Shown here in pieces: positions 20,801 through 28,900 of a stretch of DNA of 64,000 nucleotides. Where the stretch lies: IMG/VR virus record IMGVR_UViG_3300042731_004843, positions 1-64,000 of that record, one strand, 5' to 3'. Source of the stretch: a virus. The position numbers and the translations under genes are program-made. The notes below the pieces were generated by a model. The model was not told the DNA's origin. It saw nothing but the letters and a program-made list of their open reading frames with translations, and did not search any database. Within the stretch, counting starts at the first letter, position 1. Each line of letters begins with the position of its first letter.

Positions 20801-22159
20801 CCGTCTGGAGACGGTCCCCCGAATAATTTACTCACGTCTATCGCAACTCCAAATTTCTGCGAGACTGATTCTACGCCTAGTCTCCCATTGGGGCAGAACT
20901 CTAGAGACCCGGATATCGACTTCCTGCAGCGCGAAGTTCGGGTGGGTGATTTGCTAGAAGTAACCTACCAGCCTATACAGGGTAACGTAGATCTGACCAC
21001 CGCAGGCGGATTTAGCTACGGCGACCTGCCGGCCGACGATATCCCCAGTAATCCGCCCAGGACGCTGACCCTCTCTTTGGATGGTGCGCCATCCAAGACT
21101 CTGACCTTCTCTGATCAAGTCACAAATGAGGACGACTTGGTCGGTGAAATTAACGACTTCTGGGGAGAAGAGTTCGCGTTTTTGGAGGACATCGGTGGGG
21201 CCAAATATTTGAGGTTGGAGGCGGACTACGAGATCGTGCTCTACGGTGGCATAGCAAACCAGGCCAATGTGATCCTGGGGCTCCCTCCCACAACTGCAAC
21301 GAATGCGGCCTTCGCGGGACCAGGGCTCTACGCGATAACCTATGTGGGGGATTCTGGAGACCCAGCGGCGCATAATGCATTGGAGGTCAGTCCAGCATTC
21401 AGCCATCCTTTGGGCGTGGGAGCGCCTGCGCAGCATTTCATCGTCTACCGTCCCGGCTTGCAGAGACTCCACTCCACGGCCATGGCCGAGAATGTGGAGG
21501 TCGGGCTCTACTACATGGATGTAGAGCTGGTGTCCGAGGGGTCGGGAGATGACTGGAACATCCCAGATGGAGAGCTCTTGGACATAGAGGGCTACGAATC
21601 CGACGGCTACCGTTTGGTGGTCGCGGATTCCAATCTGTCCTACTCCACGGAGGAGCAGGTCGCCATGATCCTGAGTCGGCGTATTCTGACGGTGGGCTCT
21701 AGCGACAGGCCCGATCAGGCGCTGACACTCTCAGGACAGAATATCCAGGTGAACTATGACAGGTCCCCCCTCGTGTCTTCAGTACAGGCATTCGCCTCGG
21801 CAGATCTGGAGCGCGTACTGACGGCCAGTCTGTTGGTGCGCCATCTCCAGCCGCACTACCTGAACTTCGAGATACTCTACAGAGGAGGGTCTTCTGCAGA
21901 TGTGGTGACGGACGACGTGGACGCCTATCTAGACGGTCTTGGGCCAGAGGACAGGGTAGAGTCGTCGGACCTCCAAGGCGTGGCCATCAGACGAGGCGCC
22001 ACGTACGTTCAGAACCCCATCACGCTGGTAGCGGTGGCGCATGATGCGGAACGGAGGATATCTGTGGACAGGTCCGAGGACTACGTCACTACCGGTAGAC
22101 TGTCCACCTTCTTCTCCGGGGACATAACGATCACTAGGGAAATACCCGAGAGCCTTTAG
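17831..22159 (+). CDS. baseplate wedge protein, Baseplate-J (gp6/gpJ)-like with large insertions
   Basis: GTVRLYF...VTAEKAGDEYNI...VTNPERFENGINEETTEELIDR is characteristic of the Baseplate_J N-terminus. Confidence 0.8.
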   Translation: MPGTEDLKEFVENRLLAYDPDIDLTEGSPAQEQVVDPIVNRYAVDPLEMDIEKFIDARLSQEYPNMNFREGSGVRDTLVKPDQVLMDPVVRETNLIKQGQSLANPELLSDTEADSLVANIFVTRTTGGLSTGTVRLYFNAPVAVNISVGNVAYTAAGLRFLPTTLQSISAEAMIFNQSGSLYYFDIQVTAEKAGDEYNIGREEIIGITNLNIAVRVTNPERFENGINEETTEELIDRAEISITERSLVTGRGVAARLYDQFEDLKHLQVVGHYDEEMQRDIIKGGDLGPVLLSGSDGYTEDDGDGDSATRYFKSRYADFAAFFGALGAEENHYLTVSQAVYGTDGSVPASALNHLIIPGAEFTAEDVGIMIVAVDAANPGNIGPVEVEAISSDVEVRVNRTGVAESGTITYILLRPPKDYEILEVVGTSELRVSEDLPVDRQALIWSVRQKVLTLSDIPGGILFSINGEVEIQSDEIHIGGASDFYIRGTGVEERELTIAAISDEIPVLRALTGETDTSVGYEEFFRDQNQNFVALGVQPGMSLVIESGVDAGTKTILRVGVKPAGAAVGTETQWLQVEPSITSTATDLRYKIVDDIDINLNEPKTRRGEGTDLQTIQLSDTVTTLSAVDFLALGTEVDDTLKIVDGDDEGEYTVTGTSGTGNKNLILSALMVSTANNISWELYKAQEGIEFPLVRIRSVDILDSSEQPTGDIIPYAVPIDARSTCFSNAGRGIKVSTGDAITGIVATTSLDDLVYPLAAAQLDFSVNGGATQSVVVTGATGKTDLVNKINAVIPNIAGFITITGKDYLTIRSGDRWIQVLARADNAVVGLDTTGEDNRQIKSSGNISDWTSATYDLKAVKDAVSITTGDNIGYLYLVAVETDRILAVGFDEGERRLRFLAPGTRVSMSVGSRSYGKARVYFLDPTSFQVRGAWHPPLKNTTDIPANMALTAGGSSIAVDEEDVAYFTATINGTNLRFFPDPDLKHQVLPPSGDGPPNNLLTSIATPNFCETDSTPSLPLGQNSRDPDIDFLQREVRVGDLLEVTYQPIQGNVDLTTAGGFSYGDLPADDIPSNPPRTLTLSLDGAPSKTLTFSDQVTNEDDLVGEINDFWGEEFAFLEDIGGAKYLRLEADYEIVLYGGIANQANVILGLPPTTATNAAFAGPGLYAITYVGDSGDPAAHNALEVSPAFSHPLGVGAPAQHFIVYRPGLQRLHSTAMAENVEVGLYYMDVELVSEGSGDDWNIPDGELLDIEGYESDGYRLVVADSNLSYSTEEQVAMILSRRILTVGSSDRPDQALTLSGQNIQVNYDRSPLVSSVQAFASADLERVLTASLLVRHLQPHYLNFEILYRGGSSADVVTDDVDAYLDGLGPEDRVESSDLQGVAIRRGATYVQNPITLVAVAHDAERRISVDRSEDYVTTGRLSTFFSGDITITREIPESL

Positions 22160-22473
22160 TCCTCCGGGCCGTCAAGTATGGGGAAGGCCGGTTTCAGTGC
22201 CTTGGCCAAGTTGCCGAGCGTTACGATGATCCCTGAATGAGGGTCATGCACGCAGCCACATGCTTCGCACTCGAGCAGGTACCGCGGCATGGGGTCGCCG
22301 TTGCGGAACATCATGCGCGCGTCTCCGGTCTTCTTCAGGCCGGTGGTGCCGCAATGTGGACAGACCTGGCTGTAGTAGAAGGCCTCTCGCTCGTCTGCTA
22401 GAGGGCTGACGACGTCCCGGTGCCCTTCTAGTAGTTTCTTGGTGATTTCGGGATCGAGTGTCTTGAGTTGCAT
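22156..22473 (-). CDS. zinc-ribbon protein
   Basis: CPHC...CEAC; its stop overlaps the stop of the baseplate gene. Confidence 0.65.
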   Translation of the reverse strand: MQLKTLDPEITKKLLEGHRDVVSPLADEREAFYYSQVCPHCGTTGLKKTGDARMMFRNGDPMPRYLLECEACGCVHDPHSGIIVTLGNLAKALKPAFPILDGPED

Positions 22474-22514
22474 CACTGCACAGGGTAGCCTCACATGACC
22501 AGAAGTTCAATGGT

Positions 22515-22544
22515 TTGACCCTCTGCGATGTGGGAGAGTAGAAT
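22515..22544 (+). promoter_or_regulatory. sigma70-like promoter TTGACC-N18-TAGAAT
   Basis: Hexamers at 22515-22520 and 22539-22544, in the intergenic gap before ATG 22576. Confidence 0.55.
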
Positions 22545-22575
22545 GCAGAATGCAGAAACCTGCCAGGGCTGACTG

Positions 22576-25500
22576 ATGCCTAAGACCCTTATTGCCGTAG
22601 TTCCCAACGCGGATATCTACAAGCGCACGGGAGGATCTTGGTCCGCGCTTTCTCCGGCTGTGGATTGGGGCGGTGGTGCTGGCGGTCGGATGATCCTCGG
22701 GCTACCCCACGGAGAGATCGTAGTCCAACGTGACACCTCACCAGAGTTCTGCCATCGCAATGCCCTGACTGCGGAATGGAGTTACAAGCCAAGGGCTTCG
22801 GCGGGATCCGACCTTTTTCACAGCGGTTGCGTTGTTGACGCGACACACGCTTACGCCTTCAGTGAGGACGGGTACGTAGAGAGGTTCAATGGGCTAGAAT
22901 GGTATGATTTGACTCCCGGGGGTGGTCCTCTGGCTGGCGGCGCAAGCCATGGATGGGCGGCCGGGGTTGAGGATCTCTGGTGCTGTAACCGCGCTGGATA
23001 TCTGTGGCACAAGGTCAGTGGCGGAATTTGGACAGATAGATTTTCAGAGCTGACGGCTGCCCTGCCCGCATTGGGTATAACCAGGATTAACGATGTATGG
23101 TCGTATGGCAGCAACGTCTACTTTCTTGCCGTAAACTGGGCGACCGATACGACCTATCTGGTCAAGTACGATGGGGTGTCATGGACGGCGGTGGGGGGAG
23201 CACCCATAACTGGTGCTACGACAAGCGACCTGCACACAGTATGGGGTACTGACGACAGCCACATTTGGGTTAACGGGCGCACGCTCAGTCCGAACGCCTA
23301 CGTGGTCTATTTCTGGAATGGCGGTTCCTGGGCTGCGCAGTACGCAAGCGGGACGCCTACTGGAGTACAGACTGATGGCCGGAGCCTGTTTGGTGAGAAT
23401 GCCTCTGTTGTGGCCTCTTGCTTCCAAAGTGGGGCTGCTGATGAGATGCTTGAGACAACTGACGGAGCTTCTTGGTCGGCGCTGACAATACCGCCCAACA
23501 ACACCTATGGTTTGGGCGTGCAATATGACAGCTCCCCGCTAACTGGTGAGGTACTTTTGGCGGTCGGTGGCGGACCGTTGGTGCTCGGTAGCACAAAGGC
23601 TTTGTATAGATATGATGATGGGGTTTCTGCGTGGAATCTCTTTCCTGTACAGCCGCCTTGGCCTGTAGCCAGTACAGGTTCCTATTTTGCGGCAGGGCTG
23701 CCAAACGGGGAGATCATCGTCAATGACGGGCCAAATGCGGGGTACTTCCCAGACAAGTACCTGCACTTCGATCCGACGACTGCCGCCTGGTCCCAGGTCC
23801 AGAAGCCCCTCCCGGTAATCCACCCCAAGGTATCCTTTGTCCGGGACGACAACCTGGTGGTATTGGGTGCCACCACCCGAGAAATAGACATCTGGGATGG
23901 CGTATCTTACTCCCGTGCCCCCTCTGGGATGACCGCTGGAGCACTTAGAGGCATCGCGGCCGCGTCCAGTACCGACATCTGGTGTACTACCGACACCACC
24001 GCTCTGTGGCATCTGGAGTCGGGGTCCTGGGTCAACAGGTGGGACGAAGCTCGAATCGCTCTTGGCGGGACGAACCTGTTTTTCAAGGGAGTGTGGTACG
24101 TTGATGGGGCTTACTACTTCATCAGCAATGACTTCACGGGGTATAACGGCAAGATTTCCAAATGGACCCCTGGCGGCGGGTTCTCTCTAGTTGCGCTTAT
24201 CGGGGCCCCCTCTCCTGGGAACTCAACCATAACCTGTGATATCTGGGCCAGAGCTGCCGATGACATCTGGGTGTTCGGATACTGGTCGAACGACGAGGTT
24301 TGGCATTGGAATGGTAGCACCGTCACTCGCAAGTTTGAGGCTCCGAGCCGAAAACTTAACATGTTCTATAGTGGGGATCATCTAATACACGGGACCGATA
24401 GCAATCCCTATATGTTCGGCACGACACCCGACAACGGCGGGGCTTGGTACGAAAGCACTGACACGGGGGCTAGCTGGCTTCCGATCACATGGATTGACGG
24501 GAATCGGCTATTTGGGTTGGGGAAGAGCGGGGACCCCTCTTCCGCCATCCTCCCCATGCCCACCAGCGCTGATTGGGAGTGCATGGACATCTCAGAAACC
24601 GAGATGCCCGATGTACTAATAACAGAAGGCGTACAGGCATCTCGAGGAGCTCCGTGGTTTTCCATCGACGGCAATGACGACCTCGTCATCTACAGCGACG
24701 ACGGCACGGAAAGCATCCTGACCATAGAGCTTCCCATCTCCTCCACATTCTCCTTTGAGACCACGTTCAAGATGAGCGACCTGCCGCTTGATCTGAGCCA
24801 ACTCGACAAAGAGCGGTTCTTCGTGGGTGTCTACGACAAGCAGGACAACGCTGGTGGCGTGCTGCTGTCCCGCAATGGCCTGGCCATGGTTGCGGCTTTT
24901 GGTACACAGGCCCTGACGCTGCCCGGCAGCCAGAACATCTTCGATGAGGGGGAAGACTATTGGACCATGAGGTTCGTGGTCCGGGGGGACATCGACAGAT
25001 TCGACCTCTACCTCACAAAGACGGACGAGCTCCCGGCCACTGGACACGTGCTAAGGTACACGTCTGCGGCACCTGTGACCCCGCCCGGTTCTTTGGACGA
25101 GGTGCGTATCGAGATCTTGGGGCAGAGCCCTACCAACCAAACGGTGGGCAAGTTCTCGACCCTGCGATGCGCCTGCTTCGACGCTCTTATCCCCAACCAG
25201 CGCCCCATAGCTGACGCCGGCGCTGACCAGGCGGCTAACATAGGGTCCGCTGTCACTCACGACGGTCGCAACAGCTACGATCCAGAAGGCGCGGCGCTTA
25301 CCTACGACTGGGCACTGATCAGTGCCCCGGAGGGGTCTAGGTTCAAGATCTCTGGGTCAGGCTCAACTATCGATGACGGAGATGCCGACGGCTTCACGGA
25401 CGTCTTTAACGGCGGCACAGAAGCCTTCAGCGAGGAGAACGCTCCCCTACTACAGCCGGGGGACCACCTACTTGTGGGGGGTGTGCTTCATCGGGTGTCT

Positions 25501-28143
25501 TCCGACCGTTGGGTGCTAGATCCCGTCACGAACAAGTACGTGCGGGACGATCCCGGAACTTGGAACGATGACGAGCTCGTCATCACAACAGACACTCTAC
25601 CGGACAACCTCTCCGGCGCAGCATACGATGTGCTGCACACGATCACGTACTTCAGTGACTCCACGCAGCCCTTTCCGTCCGCCATCCCGGACATAGCTGG
25701 CCTGTACGATGTACAGCTTGTAGTGAATGACGGGGAGCTCGACAGCTTGCCGGCCACTGCGCTGCTCAATATCACGCAGACATCGGTGCCCCTCGGGTGC
25801 ATACCCGAGGTAGGGTGGATCTGGAACTATCTGGCCGATTTCTGGAACCTTCTAGAGGACAGGGAGGTTATAGAGACGGTGTGGTCTGGCTTCGCCCAGG
25901 CGGCCGCAGCGCAGTTGTTGGTGGCCTGGCAGGTTGACTACAACAAGAGCCTCAAGGACATACAGAGGGTATTCCAGAGGCGTTGGCTGGACTACGACAC
26001 GGTTCTTGATGTAGAGCCCGATGACGCTGAAATCCGTATCATCCGTGGGCCGCTGTTGACACAGGCCGTCACGGCGGGCGTGCTGTTCGACAGCAGCAAC
26101 AATGAGCTGCAGGTGGTCTTCGATGGTGGGGGCATTGAGACGGTAACGTTCTCAGCTGGCCTGCTCACCCCGACACAGATAGCGTCGGAGATCAACACCC
26201 AGCTGGGGTTCACGTCGGACTTGTCTGTGCTGGCTACGGTGGTGAACGACGGTCTCGATGACTACGTACAGCTGGACTACGCATCCCTGCTCAGAATACG
26301 CCCCAACGGTACAGCCAATACTGTGCTTGGGTTCTCCGCCACTGAGTACACCAACAATGATCTGCGGGGAAATCTAGGTGCGGCCATTTCGGTGGACGCA
26401 CTGCGCGCATTTGAGGCCACGCACCCTCCGGTCTTGAATTTTGACGATGCCGGGATAGGGCCCAACGACCTGCTGGTCAAGGCCAGCGTAGGCTACCGTG
26501 TTCAGAAGACCGCTCTGGACGCTGCCACAGGCACACTGACGACCGGTCTGTCCCTCTTGGACGACCTCCCAGATACCAGCTCGGAGGCCTGGGAGGTCCC
26601 ATCGGTAGTCGTGGTGTCCAACGTCTCTGGCGATCCTGATTTCGACTACGAGCTCGTGATACCCAAAGACCTAGTGATCTTCGAGGTCAAAGACCTGACC
26701 AGTCCGTCGGGCCAGGCTACGTCGGAGGTGCTCTGCGAGATCGTGGGAGTGCGGGCCAATCGAATCGGCTTTGATCCGCAGCCTCTACTGGAGATGCTGA
26801 ACGGGGAGCCTGGCAACTACGAGGTCATCTGTGTGGGCGTGAAGCACACGCAAGCGCTACCTGTGGATGACTTGGTGCTCGAGGTGCCGCGGCTGCAAGA
26901 GATCATCAAGAATCCGCAGATCACGTTCGACATGAACACGGACTATCTGATAGACGACTCCCTGGGCCGCAATGCCATTCAGTTCCGTGACGGTACGTTC
27001 AGTTTGACGGACCCACCACCGGACACCTTCTGGGCCGAGGTCACGTATTTGGATAACCGTCCAACAATCGAGGCCAATTTCGGTAGGCTGGTGAATTTCA
27101 CGGTGGAAGACATGGAATCCAGGACGGATGACCTGGACTACCTGTCCGCTGTGCGCGGGTTGTGGTGGGCCTACTTTGGCGGCCCCTCCCTGGACAAGGT
27201 ACGTACCGGGGTGCAGATACTCCTTGGCCTTCCTTTCGCGGAAGAGGAGGGCACGGTCACCTCCATAGAGCCGAACTTCAGCACCACTGAGGGTAGGATC
27301 GTCATGGAGGATGCGATCGACAACAACGTCGTCCGCACGTACTTTTACCCCCTGGACGCCGGGCTGGCCATCAACCAGGCGACGGGGGAAGAGATCAAAG
27401 AGGGGGACCTACTCCCCAGGTTCGCTCCGCTGTCCGGGGGCATAGAGGTCAGGGACTGGGTACAGACTCCGTACTGGTTGGCCAAGTACGTCAGCATGGG
27501 TAAGTACGGGGAGCTGGACAAGTACTTCAAGTTCTTGGTGCGTGGAGACGTGGACACGTTCAATGTCGCCAACATGGTACTGGCCATAGATTTTGTCAGG
27601 AAGATCAAACCGCACTACACGTGGCCGCTGTTCGTGCTGCTCAAGCGCTTGAAGCCCACTGAGGTAGACGTAGACGACGAGTTCTACATTGCGGCCAAGT
27701 TAAAGTTGGTGGACAGTACTTGCCCAGATGAGCCGGGAGCGTTCCGCTACGACGACACCAACGAGGGCCTGCCTGGCCCGCCAGGCAGCCACCAAACAGT
27801 ACAGCCCGGCGTACAGGGCCTGCCCACAAACTGGATCCACCAATACGACGCCGGCCCTGGAACGGATGGCACGGCGTTCCTGTACGATCTCCAGTCGCTA
27901 TGTCCCGCTGAGTCATTGTGGGTACACATCTCGTACATCCATCCGGGATCGGCGGGCTGGTTTTACGACACGATATGGGCCTATGATGACGGGGACACGG
28001 ACGGGGACACGATATCGGACGACCGCCTGCCTCTAAGTGGGCCAGACTCTTCACCTCCAGCCCCGTATGGGCCGCTAGTGGGCGTGATCGACTATGATGC
28101 TACCGTGGCAGCAGGCACATACCACCGAGAGCGTAACCTGTAA
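22576..28143 (+). CDS. large baseplate/receptor-binding protein: Trp-rich beta-propeller repeats + PKD domain + wedge-like C-terminus
   Basis: LHTVWGTDDSHIW/DIWARAADDIW repeats; PKD motif NQRPIADAGADQ...DGRNSYDPEGAALTYDW. Confidence 0.65.
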   Translation: MPKTLIAVVPNADIYKRTGGSWSALSPAVDWGGGAGGRMILGLPHGEIVVQRDTSPEFCHRNALTAEWSYKPRASAGSDLFHSGCVVDATHAYAFSEDGYVERFNGLEWYDLTPGGGPLAGGASHGWAAGVEDLWCCNRAGYLWHKVSGGIWTDRFSELTAALPALGITRINDVWSYGSNVYFLAVNWATDTTYLVKYDGVSWTAVGGAPITGATTSDLHTVWGTDDSHIWVNGRTLSPNAYVVYFWNGGSWAAQYASGTPTGVQTDGRSLFGENASVVASCFQSGAADEMLETTDGASWSALTIPPNNTYGLGVQYDSSPLTGEVLLAVGGGPLVLGSTKALYRYDDGVSAWNLFPVQPPWPVASTGSYFAAGLPNGEIIVNDGPNAGYFPDKYLHFDPTTAAWSQVQKPLPVIHPKVSFVRDDNLVVLGATTREIDIWDGVSYSRAPSGMTAGALRGIAAASSTDIWCTTDTTALWHLESGSWVNRWDEARIALGGTNLFFKGVWYVDGAYYFISNDFTGYNGKISKWTPGGGFSLVALIGAPSPGNSTITCDIWARAADDIWVFGYWSNDEVWHWNGSTVTRKFEAPSRKLNMFYSGDHLIHGTDSNPYMFGTTPDNGGAWYESTDTGASWLPITWIDGNRLFGLGKSGDPSSAILPMPTSADWECMDISETEMPDVLITEGVQASRGAPWFSIDGNDDLVIYSDDGTESILTIELPISSTFSFETTFKMSDLPLDLSQLDKERFFVGVYDKQDNAGGVLLSRNGLAMVAAFGTQALTLPGSQNIFDEGEDYWTMRFVVRGDIDRFDLYLTKTDELPATGHVLRYTSAAPVTPPGSLDEVRIEILGQSPTNQTVGKFSTLRCACFDALIPNQRPIADAGADQAANIGSAVTHDGRNSYDPEGAALTYDWALISAPEGSRFKISGSGSTIDDGDADGFTDVFNGGTEAFSEENAPLLQPGDHLLVGGVLHRVSSDRWVLDPVTNKYVRDDPGTWNDDELVITTDTLPDNLSGAAYDVLHTITYFSDSTQPFPSAIPDIAGLYDVQLVVNDGELDSLPATALLNITQTSVPLGCIPEVGWIWNYLADFWNLLEDREVIETVWSGFAQAAAAQLLVAWQVDYNKSLKDIQRVFQRRWLDYDTVLDVEPDDAEIRIIRGPLLTQAVTAGVLFDSSNNELQVVFDGGGIETVTFSAGLLTPTQIASEINTQLGFTSDLSVLATVVNDGLDDYVQLDYASLLRIRPNGTANTVLGFSATEYTNNDLRGNLGAAISVDALRAFEATHPPVLNFDDAGIGPNDLLVKASVGYRVQKTALDAATGTLTTGLSLLDDLPDTSSEAWEVPSVVVVSNVSGDPDFDYELVIPKDLVIFEVKDLTSPSGQATSEVLCEIVGVRANRIGFDPQPLLEMLNGEPGNYEVICVGVKHTQALPVDDLVLEVPRLQEIIKNPQITFDMNTDYLIDDSLGRNAIQFRDGTFSLTDPPPDTFWAEVTYLDNRPTIEANFGRLVNFTVEDMESRTDDLDYLSAVRGLWWAYFGGPSLDKVRTGVQILLGLPFAEEEGTVTSIEPNFSTTEGRIVMEDAIDNNVVRTYFYPLDAGLAINQATGEEIKEGDLLPRFAPLSGGIEVRDWVQTPYWLAKYVSMGKYGELDKYFKFLVRGDVDTFNVANMVLAIDFVRKIKPHYTWPLFVLLKRLKPTEVDVDDEFYIAAKLKLVDSTCPDEPGAFRYDDTNEGLPGPPGSHQTVQPGVQGLPTNWIHQYDAGPGTDGTAFLYDLQSLCPAESLWVHISYIHPGSAGWFYDTIWAYDDGDTDGDTISDDRLPLSGPDSSPPAPYGPLVGVIDYDATVAAGTYHRERNL

Positions 28144-28151
28144 TGGCGGGC

Positions 28152-28180
28152 TTGGAAGAAGCCGGATTCGCGCCTAGAAT
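28152..28180 (+). promoter_or_regulatory. sigma70-like promoter TTGGAA-N17-TAGAAT
   Basis: Intergenic, upstream of AAGGAG and ATG 28202. Confidence 0.4.
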
Positions 28181-28201
28181 AGATCCGTCAAGGAGCAGCG
28201 C

Positions 28202-28888
28202 ATGAAGCCGTTCGTCGAAAAGATCGACGCTAAAGCTAACGTAAGGATCATTGCCAGGGAACGCGGGAAGAAAGTACCCAATCTGTGTCGTGAAGAGCAC
28301 AACATCTGGGTCAACATCGGTCGCGAGTACTTGGCTAAGGTCATCTCCCCTACAGCCGGGTTCACTGGGCACGTCAACGATAGCGTAGTTCAGTACATGG
28401 GGCTGGGGATAGGTGGGGACCAGCAGTTGGTAGACCTAACTGGACCTTCCTGGACCACGTTGGCCGCACACTACCCCGGCCAAAACATCTTTGATGATAC
28501 GGACTTAACCATTCCCTATCTCGAGCGACCAGTGAAGGTCACTGGGACAGCTGGTACCGGGACCGCCCCAGGAGACTGGCTGAGTCAGGTGGCTGCGCCA
28601 CCCACCTTCCTCGGCACGCCGATCACTAGTGTGGATTTCGAGACCCTCTTCGACTACACCGATATCAACCTGGCGGGGGCGTACCCCACGGTACCCTTGT
28701 CTGAAGCGGCGCTTGTGTTGTCTAGTGAGGTGAGCAGCAGGCTATCAAACGAGGTCTACGATTACGGCTCACCCCCGGACTACATCAACGTCTCGACCAG
28801 GCAAAGGCTGGTGGCCTACAATACGTTTGCCACTTTGGCCAAGACTGTAGCTGTTTCTCTGGAAGTGCACTGGGAAATCCAGTTTTAG
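28202..28888 (+). CDS. tail fibre attachment/collar-type baseplate protein
   Basis: NIWVNIGREYLA...YMGLGIG...LSEAAL...LVAYNTF..L.KT..LEVHWEIQF pattern; precedes the tail spike. Confidence 0.55.
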   Translation: MKPFVEKIDAKANVRIIARERGKKVPNLCREEHNIWVNIGREYLAKVISPTAGFTGHVNDSVVQYMGLGIGGDQQLVDLTGPSWTTLAAHYPGQNIFDDTDLTIPYLERPVKVTGTAGTGTAPGDWLSQVAAPPTFLGTPITSVDFETLFDYTDINLAGAYPTVPLSEAALVLSSEVSSRLSNEVYDYGSPPDYINVSTRQRLVAYNTFATLAKTVAVSLEVHWEIQF

Positions 28889-28900
28889 TGGAGGAATCTG

